A stretch of 63,159 bases of DNA, filler included, from Octopus bimaculoides (lineage: Eukaryota), in NCBI RefSeq assembly GCF_001194135.2. It is 4 parts of 4 records of this genome, joined end to end, with 100 filler letters (N's around TTAATTAATTAA, not from the genome) between each part and the next. Parts side by side here need not be neighbours in the genome. Positions count along the whole stretch, not along the records: positions 1 to 23,681 come from NC_068983.1; 3 more parts are not named here. One strand, written 5' to 3'. Positions 1-14,681 of the stretch are shown here, in pieces. The notes under the pieces were generated by a model that had not been told where the DNA came from, did not search any database, and saw only the letters and a program-made list of their open reading frames with translations. How positions within the stretch are numbered: position 1 is the stretch's first letter; each line of letters begins with the position of its first letter. A program made the position numbers and the translations under genes.

Positions 1-62
<62 letters not shown>

Positions 63-535
63 TAGATATGCATGTATATATATGTGTGTGTGTATGTATG
101 TATGTATACATATATACATGTATACATAGACAACAGCACTCATACAAGTATACTCATTTATATTTATCTAGACATACTAACATATAACTACTGTATGACT
201 GTTACCCCCTTAAAATAGTGGGGGTCATTATTGCTACATATCCTAGTAGTATTTATAAATGCAAGCAAAGGGTGATCTCCCTTGAAATAGCTGCTGCTGC
301 TGCTATTATGGTTGCTTACATTCCTGATACTGCTGCTGTTGTTATTGCTGCTACTGCTGCTGCTGTTGTTGTTGTTGTTGTTGTTGCTTCCTTGCATTTC
401 AGCTCTATTTACAGATTCACGACAACTACTTCAGTGCATTACTTCTGTACACAGACACAAGACTACACATCTTTTAACAGGCAGCTGTGTCCATCCCCAC
501 TTATAATGTATTATACTGAAGACTAATTTCACTCA

Positions 536-591
<56 letters not shown>

Positions 592-1142
592 NNNNNNNNN
601 NNNNNNNNNNNNNNNNNNNNNNNNNNNNNNNNNNNNNNNNNNNNNNNNNNNNNNNNNNNNNNNNNNNNNNNNNNNNNNNNNNNNNNNNNNNNNNNNNNNN
701 NNNNNNNNNNNNNNNNNNNNNNNNNNNNNNNNNNNNNNNNNNNNNNNNNNNNNNNNNNNNNNNNNNNNNNNNNNNNNNNNNNNNNNNNNNNNNNNNNNNN
801 NNNNNNNNNNNNNNNNNNNNNNNNNNNNNNNNNNNNNNNNNNNNNNNNNNNNNNNNNNNNNNNNNNNNNNNNNNNNNNNNNNNNNNNNNNNNNNNNNNNN
901 NNNNNNNNNNNNNNNNNNNNNNNNNNNNNNNNNNNNNNNNNNNNNNNNNNNNNNNNNNNNNNNNNNNNNNNNNNNNNNNNNNNNNNNNNNNNNNNNNNNN
1001 NNNNNACAGCAGCCTCATAAGACTTATATGGAATGTACATCACCAAAGAAGAGATGCAAGGAAACAGCTGTTGGATTCTAAGTTCCCCTTGCACTCTTAC
1101 ATTGTGACCAGCAGGAATATTTACAGGCAGAGAGGGAGAGTG

Positions 1143-1196
<54 letters not shown>

Positions 1197-1352
1197 GAGA
1201 GAGAGGATAGTGTACAACACAGGTACAAGTTTTGCATTAATTTTCAAGCAGGAACTTCCATATTCCCACAGCTGACAGGCTAGTTTACTGGGCAGCCCCC
1301 TACTTCACAATACCTTCAACCGTACAGTATTAAATAAGCTTGTATAATTTAT

Positions 1353-2017
1353 ACTCTTTACTTGTTTCAGTCATTTGACTGCGGCTATGCTGGAGCACCA
1401 CCTTTAGTCGAGCAAATCGACCCCAGGACTTATTCTTTGGATGCCTAGTACTTATTCTATCGTTCTCTTTTGCCGAACCGCTAAGTTACGGGGACCTAAA
1501 CACACCACCATCGGTTGTCAAGCGATGTTGGGGGGGACAAACACAGACACACAAACATATACACACATTTACATATATACGACAGGCTTCTTTCAGCTTC
1601 CGTCTACCAAATCCACTCACAAGGCTTTGGTCGGCCCGAGNNNNNNNNNNTTGACTGCGGCTATGCTGGAGCACCACCTTTAGTCGAGCAAATCGACCCC
1701 AGGACTTATTCTTTGGATGCCTAGTACTTATTCTATCGTTCTCTTTTGCCGAACCGCTAAGTTACGGGGACCTAAACACACCACCATCGGTTGTCAAGCG
1801 ATGTTGGGGGGGACAAACACAGACACACAAACATATACACACATTTACATATATACGACAGGCTTCTTTCAGCTTCCGTCTACCAAATCCACTCACAAGG
1901 CTTTGGTCGGCCCGAGGCTATAGTAGAAGACACTGACCCAAGGTGCCACGCAGCGGGAATGAACACAGAACCATGTGGTTGGTAAGCAAGCTACTTACCA
2001 CACAGCCACTCCTGCAC
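1353..2017 (-). mobile_element. Family A tRNA-derived SINE (partly duplicated by the assembly)
   Basis: Reverse of GCAGGAGTGGCTGTGTGGTAAG..GGTTC..GGCACCTTGGGCAAGTGTCTTCTACTATAGCC..internal (TA/TG)n..CAAGTAAAGAGT. Other copies near 2061-2478, 19031-19250, 19882-20791, 21900-22270, 23225-23430, 37040-37400, 40810-40975 (-). Confidence 0.85.
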
Positions 2018-3101
2018 TTATTGTACAAATATTGACATTTCTTGCAATTTTTTATCGTTATCTTATACTTGTTTCTGTCACTTGACTATGCCCATGCTGG
2101 AGCACTGCCTCAAAGGTTTGTTTTGTTTTGTTTTTTTTTCAGTTGAACAAATCGACACTAGGACATATTTTTTAAAGCCTAGTACTTATTCTATTGGTCT
2201 CTTTAGCTGAATTGCTAAGTTGTGGGGACGTAAACACACCAGCACCGGTTGTCAGATGATGGTGGGGGAACAAACACAGACACAAAGACACACACACACA
2301 GATATATACATACACACTCATAAATATATATGTGCGACTTTCAGTTTCGATCTACCAAATCCACTCACAAGGCTTTGATTAGCTCAAGGCTAGAGTAGAA
2401 GACACTTGCCCAAGGTGCAACACAATGGGACTGAACCCTGGGAAGCAAGCTTCTTATCACACAGCGACGTTTGTACCTAAGTAAATTTGATGTTCATTTA
2501 GAGTGTGACCAACACCTGGTTAGGTAAAATAAGTAATCCAGAGTGGCTATGGATCCAAAGGCTAAGAAAACTTGATATTGTACCTGTATATTTCATTACA
2601 TACCATACAATTCCTCACACCAATTCCAAGAGTACACTATGGGCTTCAGCTAGACAAGAATGAGATAGTGACTATAAAAGTAGTGAACAGTATTACAGGT
2701 TATAAAGTAATGAAGTGGTGGGTGTAGTTGTGTGATAGTAGCTAAAGTGGTGAGGCCTGTAGTAGTGAAGTTGTAGCTATATTACCTTCTGCTTATTACA
2801 GTCACTAGGCTGAGGCCGTGCTGGGGCACTGCACTGAAGAATTATTTTGGTCAAATGGATCGACCTCAATACTTATTTGTTTCTCTTTTTCATGCCTGGT
2901 ACTTATTGTATTGATCGCTTTTGCAGCTAAGTTACTGGAGATATAAACATACCAACACCAATTCTGGTGTCAGGTGGTGGTAGGGGACAGGCACAAAGAC
3001 ACATACACAGATATATATACACAAACACACACGCAAATACACATATATATACACACACACACATATATGCATACATATATACACATACACACATATATAC
3101 A

Positions 3102-3189
<88 letters not shown>

Positions 3190-3236
3190 CACAAACACAC
3201 ACACACATATATATACATAGGTACATGTATATGTAT

Positions 3237-3274
<38 letters not shown>

Positions 3275-3281
<7 letters not shown>

Positions 3282-3525
3282 GGTGGCACGTAAAAAGCAC
3301 TATCCGAACGTGATCAATGCCAGGGCCACCTGACTGGCTCCTGTGCTGGTGGTATGTAAAAAGCATCAAATACACTCTTGGAGTGGTTGGCGTTAGGAAG
3401 GGCATCGAGCTGTAGAAACATTACCACATCAGATTGGTGCCTGGTGCAGCTGCTGGCTTTCCAGACCTCAGTCAAACCGTCCCAACCCATGCCAGCATGG
3501 AAAACGGACATTAAATGATGATGAT
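3275..3525 (+). mobile_element. RTE-derived 3' tail repeat ending in (ATG)n
   Basis: ..GGTTGGCGTTAGGAAGGGCATC..CCAACCCATGCCAGCATGGAAAACGGACATTAAATGATGATG. Other copies near 21220-21500(-), 23480-23680(-), 47610-47835(+), 51905-52230(-), 56270-56620(+), 62090-62570(-), 62810-63159(-). Confidence 0.75.
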
Positions 3526-3786
3526 GATATATATAGTAAGAGAGAGACATAAGGAGAAAGAAAGACAGAGGAGAGAGAGAGAGTTGTGTGTTAGCAGTTG
3601 TAGTGGTCAAGGCTGTAGTACTGTGGTCAGTAGTGGCTAGTATAGTGGTGTTGGCTGAAACAGTGTGCTAGTAAATATATAGGCTAGAATGGAAAGAAGT
3701 AGTGTGGTTGTACCTGATTTGTTGTGGTACATATAAATGGCTGTGCCCCAGCATGGCCACAGCCATTGGGCTGGAACACATAAAGG

Positions 3787-3818
<32 letters not shown>

Positions 3819-3825
<7 letters not shown>

Positions 3826-4007
3826 GTAGTATATTGCCACTTAAGTGTGGCTGACCCCTAGGGGTGGATGTTACTGTTGCTTTTAGCCCCAGGAGGACAT
3901 CTCCTCCAGCTGGCTTATCGAGGAGATGTCCTCCTGGGGCTAAAAGCAACAGTAACATCCACCCCTAGGGGTCAGCCACACTTAAGTGGCAATATACTAC
4001 ACTTTAT
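3819..4007. repeat. Perfect 88-bp inverted repeat with 13-nt spacer
   Basis: 3819-3906 is the exact reverse complement of 3920-4007; spacer CAGCTGGCTTATC. Confidence 0.95.
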
Positions 4008-4042
4008 CGTGCAGTTACTGTTAATACTTCATTTAGAGAATT

Positions 4043-4080
<38 letters not shown>

Positions 4081-4573
4081 TAGATAGATAGATAGATAGA
4101 TACACACACACACACAAATATATATGTATATATCAGGGGTGTATATTCCGTGTGCGCTGCACACCCATTGAAGATGGCAAATTCATTATAAATATTAACC
4201 TCACTCATTAATTTAATCACAAATCTTAATAGAAAACTTCTGTGATACCCCTGCTCAAAATTTGGTGGCACTGGGTGTGCTGCCACACCCAATACAACAA
4301 CCACCATATACCAATGGTATATATATATCAATACACACACACACAAATATATATTTTATATACATATATATCATCTAGAGCAAATGCAAACGGAAGTAGA
4401 ATTCAAAACATGAGTATATAATATTTTTATTATCAATATTAATAATGAGCAGAATTCACAGAGCGACTCAAAGGTCAAGAGTTTTGTGTGTTGTCACTAA
4501 TGGAAGTTTGATAAGTGCCAAGGCACAAAATTCATGCCCTTTGAGTCATTCTTTGATTCCTGCTAATTATTAA

Positions 4574-4642
<69 letters not shown>

Positions 4643-4659
4643 CTAGTTCTGTGGTAGCT

Positions 4660-6085
4660 GAAATGGCAATGTCTGTAGTAATGTAGTGGCTAGTGTTGTA
4701 GTATTATGACGACTCTAAAGAGTGGTATTGGTTGTAGTGAGGTGAGTTAGTGTCCATATTGGTGAGTTGAAAGTTGAAGGCATATTGTACCTCATAATGA
4801 GATGGGGGGAGGGGTAATAGCTGCAGTGCTATGTTACTATCTATAGTATGTTACTATCTAATTGTAGGAGTAGTGTGGGTGTAGCCACAATGGTCGGGGA
4901 GGGAGGGGGGCTGCATTAATCTCGTAGTGGCTTATATAGTGATGATGGCTGCAGAAGTAGTGTGGGAGTAGCTATAACAGTTAGGTAGTGGCCATAGTAA
5001 TGTCATAGTAGCTTATATAGTGGTGATGGTTGTGGGAGTAGTGTTAGAGCACCTCTAATAATGAGGGGGCGGCCACATGGTGATGGCAATCATATTGTGC
5101 TAGCGACTATAATACTGTGGTAACAGCAGCTATAGTAGAGTAGAAGCTACATAGTGATGAGAGGATAACCATAGAAAGTACAAATAACATCAGTATTGAC
5201 AATTGTACTAGAGTGGTAGTGGCTGTGGGAGCTGTGGTGGAGTGGCTGCAGAAGTGTGGTAGTAGCTATAGTAGTGGCTATAGTTAGTGAGGTGAATGCC
5301 ATAGCACAGTGGCTGAGGCTACAGTGGTAAGATGATACACGATAGTGGACATAGAGATATGGTGATGGTTAGTGTCAAGGGGTTAATAGTCGTTAGTGAT
5401 TTGGTGGCAATAGTTTTAATGTTAATAGCTACAGTGATGAGATATGGATGAGCAGGGAGGTAGTGGCCACTGTGGTGAACTATAGTCATGGTGGTTGCAG
5501 TTGTGTGATAGCATTATAGCAAAGTTATGGAAGTGGTTAGTAGGTAGTGGTTACATAATAGCTGTAGTACAGTGACAGTAGCTATACAGAGGTGTGGTGA
5601 TGACTGTAGATGTGTGGTACTGGATATAGTGGTATGGTTTCTGTTATGTAGTGGAGGCTATTGTAGTTATAGTAATAATAGTATAGTAATGACTATGGAA
5701 GTGTTTCGGTAGCTATAATAGTGTTGTTTTAAGCATAGTAGTAACGACTATAGTCGTGTGACAGTGATGGCTGTCATAGGGTTGCAGTAATGGGAATAAA
5801 GGTTAATACAGTAGTAGAGTGGTCACTTGCAGTGTTGATGGGTGTAAAAGTGTCATAGTATATATGGATTTGTGGTGATGGTTGTAGCACTGTAGTAGTG
5901 GCTATAGTGATAAAACGATTATTGTAGTACTGTTGTTGTAGCTACGTTTGAGTTATGTAGTGGCATGGTTGTGACTCCACTAGTAGTAGTGCAGTAGTGA
6001 CTGTGAAGGTGAGGTGATGGCTGTAGTACTGTTACAGTGGCTATACTTGTATAGTAGTGGTTACAAGAGAACAACAAAAGCTAGA
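4660..6085. repeat. Long cryptically simple G/T/A-rich degenerate trinucleotide tract
   Basis: Shuffled GTA/GTG/TAG/ATG motifs, depleted in C; similar shorter tracts near 2690-2780, 3590-3720, 30557-30637, 31216-31560. Confidence 0.75.
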
Positions 6086-6370
6086 GTGGTGAGCTGCTGG
6101 CCCCTTCCCCAAAATTTGGGGCCTTGTGCCCACAGCAGAAAGGGTTATTATTTCTTCTAAGTTTTTAAAGCACGAGTTTTTAGCACGCCAGACAAAATGA
6201 TCAGCAAAATTTTGTCCACCCTTTATATTCAGAGTTCAAATGCAGCTGAGGTTGACTTTGCTTTTCATCCTTTCAGGGTTGATGAAATAAGTACCAGTTA
6301 CACACTGGGTCAATGTAATTACTACCTCCCTCCCCAAAATTTCAGGCCTTGTGTCTCTTAATAAAAAGGA

Positions 6371-6737
6371 TTATTACCTCTGCTTTTTCTAAGTGGAGGT
6401 ATTGTTTTTCAGTCGTTTGTTTGTCTGTTTGTCCGTGGACAAGATATCTCAAGAACCACTTGATGGATTCAGACAATACTTTCAGGGATGTTTGGCCTCG
6501 TGACTGGCACAAAATGATTAGATTTTGGGATCGATCCAGAACTGGACAAGATTTCTGGATTATTTTTCCTGTATTTTTTACTTAATTTTTGAGAGTGGTC
6601 GGGTTCATTTTTAGTATTCTCGTTTGTGAGAGCAGTCAAGTTTATTTCAGATATTCTCATTTTAAAAATAATCTCTGGCTAATTGTTGAGAGGATGTTGG
6701 TGTTGCCTTGGTGGAGGTTTGTACTGAGTGCGCTTGT
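6371..6737 (+). mobile_element. Probable non-autonomous Helentron/DINE-1-like element
   Basis: Starts TTATTACCTC..GGAGGT, has an internal (GTTT/GTCT)n block, and ends GGTGGAGGTTT..CTGAGTGC..TTGTT; architecture resembles DINE/HINE elements. Confidence 0.4.
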
Positions 6738-6742
6738 TGTTG

Positions 6743-6781
<39 letters not shown>

Positions 6782-6885
6782 GGGTGGCCAGATGGCTGAA
6801 TCGTTAGCACACTAAACAAAATGCTTAGTGGTATTTTGCCCGTTGCTACATTCTGAGTTCAAATTATGCCCATAGTAGAAAGGAT

Positions 6886-8897
<2,012 letters not shown>

Positions 8898-9079
8898 CAG
8901 CATTTCATTTGTTTTTATGTTCTGAGTTCAAATTCTGCTGCTGCCAACTTTGCCTTTCATCCTTTCAGGATTGATAAAATAAATACAAGTTGAGCAGTGG
9001 TGTTGATGTCATCAACTTCCCAGCCCCTCAAAAAATTGCTGGCCTTGTGCCAAAATAAGGATTATTACTATTATTATTA

Positions 9080-9290
9080 AGATGGTAAGTAGGCAGAATT
9101 GATAGCATGCTGGATGACATGCTTAGCGGTATTTTGCCTGTCGCTACATTCTGAGTTCAAATTTGGCAGAGGTGACTTTGCCTTTCATCATTTTGGGGTT
9201 GATAAATTAAGTACCAGTGAAACACTGGGGTCGATGTAAGTCCCATCCCCCAAAATTTCAGGCCTTGTGCCTATAGTACAAAGGATTATT
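9080..9290 (+). mobile_element. Family C SINE
   Basis: GGCAGAAT..TTAGCA..AAATGCTTAGCGGTATTT..CTGAGTTCAAAT..GACTTTGCCTTTCATC..GATAAATTAAGTACCAGT. Other copies near 6085-6370, 6781-6885, 8900-9065, 13185-13395(-), 13975-14183(-), 32200-32350, 38120-38285, 39495-39700, 40525-40700, 58500-58660, 59250-59360, 60040-60150. Confidence 0.75.
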
Positions 9291-11995
9291 ATTATTATTA
9301 TTATTATTATCATTATTACTATTATTATGAAACAAATATGAAAATGAGTAAAGACGATTCTACAACTAGAATATTATTATTACGATCATTATTACTGAAA
9401 AAAAAAAAAAAACAATTTTATCTCCTTACAAAAGTTAAAAAAACAAACAAAACAAACACATGGAACAGTTACAGAGAAGTGAGGAAAGAATGCGTCAACA
9501 TCATTTCATACATAAGTTTTCAAAAATATGTAACAGTAATAACAATGAGGTCAACTGTGAAGGTAATAGCCGGGAAGAAGACAGTAAATCAAGTGTTGTA
9601 TATCTCATTCACTCGTAGGTATAAACATGATATATTGCTGCAAGCAAAAATAAAAGAATAAGGCTTAAAAGAAAGGAAATTTTTACATGTATATTTCAAT
9701 GTGTGTGTGTGTCAGTATACACACAAACACACACACATACACGGTATGATCAATAAGTATCCGGACGTTTGCCATAGTAACAAAGGGTAAAGCATGCAGA
9801 GTGAAGCCACTTGGTACAGATTGGCCTTGAACTCTGTCACTGGTTCATTGGGCCAATGGTCAGTTGACTCTGAAGTATGCTCCAAATGTGTCTCTTTGCT
9901 CACTGGACCATCAATCATTGGATACTTGAGGCAACACATTGCACTTCTTCCGATCACATGCTATCCCTGACCCCTTTGTGGTTCAAATCAGCTAACTGAT
10001 TAGACTTCAGCCACTTCTACAGTAACCACCTTAGGTAACAAATGTGTTTTAACCCTGACCTCTTTCAGCTCTTATCCTGGGCATGTCTCTTCACATTCCT
10101 AACTCAATCATAACACTAAAACAGTTAATCTAAAGCTAGACAGCAGCAGTAAGGGCAAAAACCACTGTTTATAAGTCAGTTGTCACTATCTGCTACAAGG
10201 AGTGGAGGCACGTGGCTTAGTGATTAGGGTGTTGGACTCATGATCATAGGATTGTGATTTCGATTCCTGGACTGGGTGACACGTGTTCTTAAGCAAAACA
10301 CTTCATTTCATGTTGCTCCAGTCCACTCAGCTGGCAAAAATGAGTAATCCTGCAACAAACCAGTGTCCTATCTGAGTGGGGAGTTTATATGTTATGGAAA
10401 CCAACCCTTATGAGTTGGCATAACTTGAGAAGGAAACTAAAAACTAAAACAAAAAAAAAAAAAGACAACTACAAGGCTTTTCACTTCATTGCAACATCTG
10501 CAAGTCTACAATCAAATGAGCAAAAATATGCCGTGTAACTTGCAAGCATTCCCACCTAGCAAATTGCAACAGAGCCTTCTGATTCCTTGCCAAGAGGGTC
10601 CCTGACTTTACAAGATCCTCCTCTTACTCATTACTTCTCAACCAAAATCATTCTATTAGCAGCAATCATATTTGCTGCCTGTATCACTTGCAACTCTATA
10701 ATTCACTCTCAACATAACCCTGCTCAAATTCCACTTCCTCATATTCTCCACCCCTCAAACGCCAGCACATTATTCATCCTTCTCATTAAAGATCTAATTA
10801 GTATCACTTTCAACATGTACACCCATGCAGACTTTTCTTCATTATGGTGTGGCTGTGTGGCAATAAGTTTGCTTCCAAACCACATGGTTCTGGGTTCAGT
10901 TCCACTGTGTGGCATCTTGAGCAAGTGTCTTTTACTATATCCTCAGGCCAACCAAAGCCCTGTGAGTGAATTTGGTGGATGGAAACTGACAGAAGCCAGT
11001 CACATATGTGTGTGTGCATATATACATACATCTGTGTGTCTTTGTGTCTCTGTTTGTCCGCCACCACCACTTGATAACCAGTGTTAGTGTGATTACGTCT
11101 CCATAACTTAGCAGTTTGACAAAAGAGATCGAAAGAATAAGTACCAGCCTTTAAAAAAAAAAAATGGTACTGGGGTCGATTCGTTCAACTAAAATTCCTT
11201 TAAGGCGGTGCCCCAGCATGGTCTCAGTCTAATGACTGAAACAAGTGAAAGATAAATTATCATCTGCCCACAACCTAAATACCTTACTGCATACATACAT
11301 TGTCTCCATAACAATGAATAACCTTAAGAACAACCTTCAATGGTAACGTATAAATCTTACTCCCAAACATGCTGTTTCTTCTCTCAGCCTTTTCTATGGC
11401 TACTACATTAGTCTCTTCTCTTCTGAAATAGCCAGCTGCTTATTGGCTTTCCACATCTATCCATCTTCCCTTTTCTCAAACGTAGCAAAAAACACTAGGC
11501 CTAATCTTTCTTCTCCACAAGTATATTCCCAGCAACTCTTTTCTTACTGATATGAAACTATAGATATTCAAACTACATTATTCTGACCAGTTTGGAAGAG
11601 TAATTGTAAAGGTTATTGACACAGCCATAGTAAAACTACTCAAAACGTTTCACTTAACAAATAAAGAATAAATGAATAAATGAATGAATAAATAAATAAA
11701 AATATGGAATTAGCAAGGCAGAAAATGTAATCATCAATAAGACTTTTAAATATGGAGAAATATCTAACAATTACTCTAGTTGACCCAATCTATAAAATGA
11801 AACACAATAAAGCACATTTCATCACTAGCACAAGCCTCATCTTATACTATTGCTACTTTTGACAATGATGATGATGATGATGATAAAGATAAATGTAACT
11901 GGACTGATTATCATCAGATAACATTGCTTTTCTTGAAATTACTTCAGTAGATTTACAAGCAAAAACAAAAAAAAAAATATATAAAACGGATGTTT

Positions 11996-12047
<52 letters not shown>

Positions 12048-12582
12048 TAGAGTGGGGGGAATTATCAGAAATATATTGTAGATATGTTGTAGACATTGGA
12101 CTCCATAAGGCTTGAAAGAAATTGAAAGAAATCCTAATATTCCTTGGAATGTTTGCCAATGTACTTTAAATCGCTAATGATATTGCTTTCTAATCAGTGG
12201 AGTGAAACGGAAGTAAACCAAGATAAATTCTACTGTTGAATGATATGAATGGCTGGAAGAAATTAGATAACAGAAATGGTAATATAAAAGTCAATTGAAT
12301 ATTGGACAGATGAATAACCTGCTATCATATCTGTGGAAACATTATTCAATATTGTTATGGTGAACAAAAGACAATCAGTTATCTTTGTGTCTTTCTATTA
12401 TAACATGGTCGAACAGTGCAAGAGTCTTTGTAGTGAGGGTTTTTAATGCTACCGCATGTTGAGAACAGTCTTGAAGAAATTTAAATGAAAATTAGAAATT
12501 TTAGCTACTTTACAGCAGAGAAAAAAAGTAAAGAACATATTGTTTAATGAATTCATATTATTTGTATTAATAATAATAATAA

Positions 12583-13135
12583 ATGCCCTGATGCAATACC
12601 AGGCAGTGGCTCCCAAGGCTTCTGATCTTAACTGACTGGAAGTTTTGTCATGTACATTGTTTTGTCTTAGTATAAAAGATGGGCTACAGCAAATATTCTG
12701 CTTAATACCACAGATTTACTTGTCAGTTGTTTGACCATAACCAGTTGAGCATGTCCCTTGGTATTGACGATATGTGCATTTCTGATCACAAGTAGTGGGG
12801 GAGCATCATAGCCATGTATTGAGAGGAAATCCTCGGAGTTTGAAAAATTCACCTCTGGAAACATGGGTATTTCATTCAATATCCTTAAACAAGCCTTATT
12901 CAAGGACATTTTGAGTGGGATGAGCTACTTGACCTTAAGAAAATTCTAACTGAGCCCCACCTGCAAGATCATGCATTGTTTATCTTGATATGAGATCATC
13001 ATGTTGCGTACATATGGTTTTGATCCATGTGCCTTGTGTACTCTTATCAGGCGGGCAGTCATGATTAGATATACTAGGCTTTGTATATTTTACCCCAGCG
13101 TCACTTTGATGGCATGCATTGCTCTCACACTCAAC
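12583..13135. repeat. Unclassified about 550-bp interspersed repeat flanked by (AAT)n, copy 1
   Basis: AAATGCCCTGATGCA...GCTCTCACACTCAACAATAAT; homologous to 13416-13960 and to a fragment near 18590-18675. Confidence 0.75.
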
Positions 13136-13180
<45 letters not shown>

Positions 13181-13415
13181 CCTTTCTATTAAAGGCACAG
13201 AGCCTGAAACTTTGGGGGAGGGGCTAGTCAATTATATTGATCCCAGTACATAAATGATACTTATTTCATCAACCCTGAAAGGATGAAAGGCAAAGTCAAC
13301 CTTGGTGGAATTTGAACTCCAAACATAAAGATGGACAAAATGCTACTAAGCATGTTTGCTTCCATGCTTATGGCTCTACCAGCTTGCTACCTTAAAAATT
13401 ATAATGATAATAATA

Positions 13416-13960
13416 AATGCTCTGATGCAGTATCAGGCAGTGGCTTTCATGACTGCTGATCTAAACTGATTTGAAGTGTTGACATGTACATGTTTTGTCT
13501 TGGTGTAAAAAATGGGCTTCTGCTCTATACCACAGATTTGCTTATCAGTAGCTTGACCTCAATCACTTGAGCATGTGCCTTAGTGGCTGGTGATATGTAC
13601 ATCTCTAATCACAAGCAGAATTAGCAGGGGAACATCACTGCCATGTTTTGAGAGGGATTCTTTGGGGTTTGGATAATTCACTACTGGAAACATGAATGTT
13701 GTGTTCATCATCTTTAAACAACCCTTATTCAAGAAGCTTTTGAGTGGGATGAGCTATTCAACCTGAACAAAATTCCAACGGGGCCACATCTGCAAGGTCA
13801 TGAGCTATCTATCTTGATATGAAGTTACCATGTTGTGCACATATGATTATGTTGCATGTGTCTGGTATACCCTTATCAAATGGGTAGTCACGATGGGTAT
13901 ATTGGGCTTTGTATATTTGTACCCCAGTATCACTTTGATGGCATGTGCTGCTCTCTATCA
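13416..13960. repeat. Unclassified about 550-bp interspersed repeat, copy 2
   Basis: Colinear, diverged copy of 12583-13135. Confidence 0.75.
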
Positions 13961-14191
13961 ATAGGAATGATTTCAAATTTTGGTACAAGGCCAGCAATTT
14001 CAGGGGAAGGGATAAGTTGATTTCATTGACCCCAGTACTCAACGGGTACTTATTCTATTGACTCCAAAAGGATGAAAAGCAAAGTCAACCTCAGTGGAAT
14101 TTGAACTCAGAATGTGAAGACAGAAGAAATGCTGCTAAGCATTTTGCCCAGCATGCTAACAATTCTGCCAACTCACAGCCTTAAATAATAA

Positions 14192-14260
<69 letters not shown>

Positions 14261-14457
14261 GAAAAAATATATCAATGATGATTTCTTCCCAATTTATTCA
14301 ATATAGAAAAACTTATTATTAATTCTAAATCACTAAAGATTCCATTTCTTAAGCAAGCCATAGTCTCAGTAAGAATCCTGCTGTCATAAAATGTCAGCAA
14401 CAAATGGTCATAGTGATAAAAATTTTATGATGGAGACATTTATGGCCTTTTTTTTCC

Positions 14458-14681
14458 TTAACCATTTTGATACCAACCTGCTTAAGACTGTCCCTGGTTC
14501 TGTGACACAAAGTTCTTGTTTTAAACTAATCTAAGTTAAACCCTTCTATCAAAATTTCATATTAAGTTATGTTCCAAATATGAGCATAATAAAAAGTTAT
14601 TGCACAAAATTCTTCATTCTTTTCGAAATAACCGAAGCAAAGGCAATGTATTTCAATACAACTATAGTAAAAGAGGGTTGA
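14458..14681. mobile_element. piggyBac-like MITE
   Basis: TTAACC(A)TTT ... AGAGGGTT(GA) termini, consistent with a TTAA target and CCCTTT/AAAGGG TIRs. Confidence 0.45.

Noticed and set aside
188-526. Overlapping N/S-rich, A/V-rich and poly-Leu (signal-peptide-like) ORFs
   Set aside because: All derive from one (GCT/GTT)n tract, with no recognisable domain or convincing splice context.
1375-1916. Exact 266-bp tandem duplication of a SINE segment
   Set aside because: The copies are identical and straddle a 10-N gap, so this is an unmerged contig overlap. The same pattern occurs at 32627-32726.
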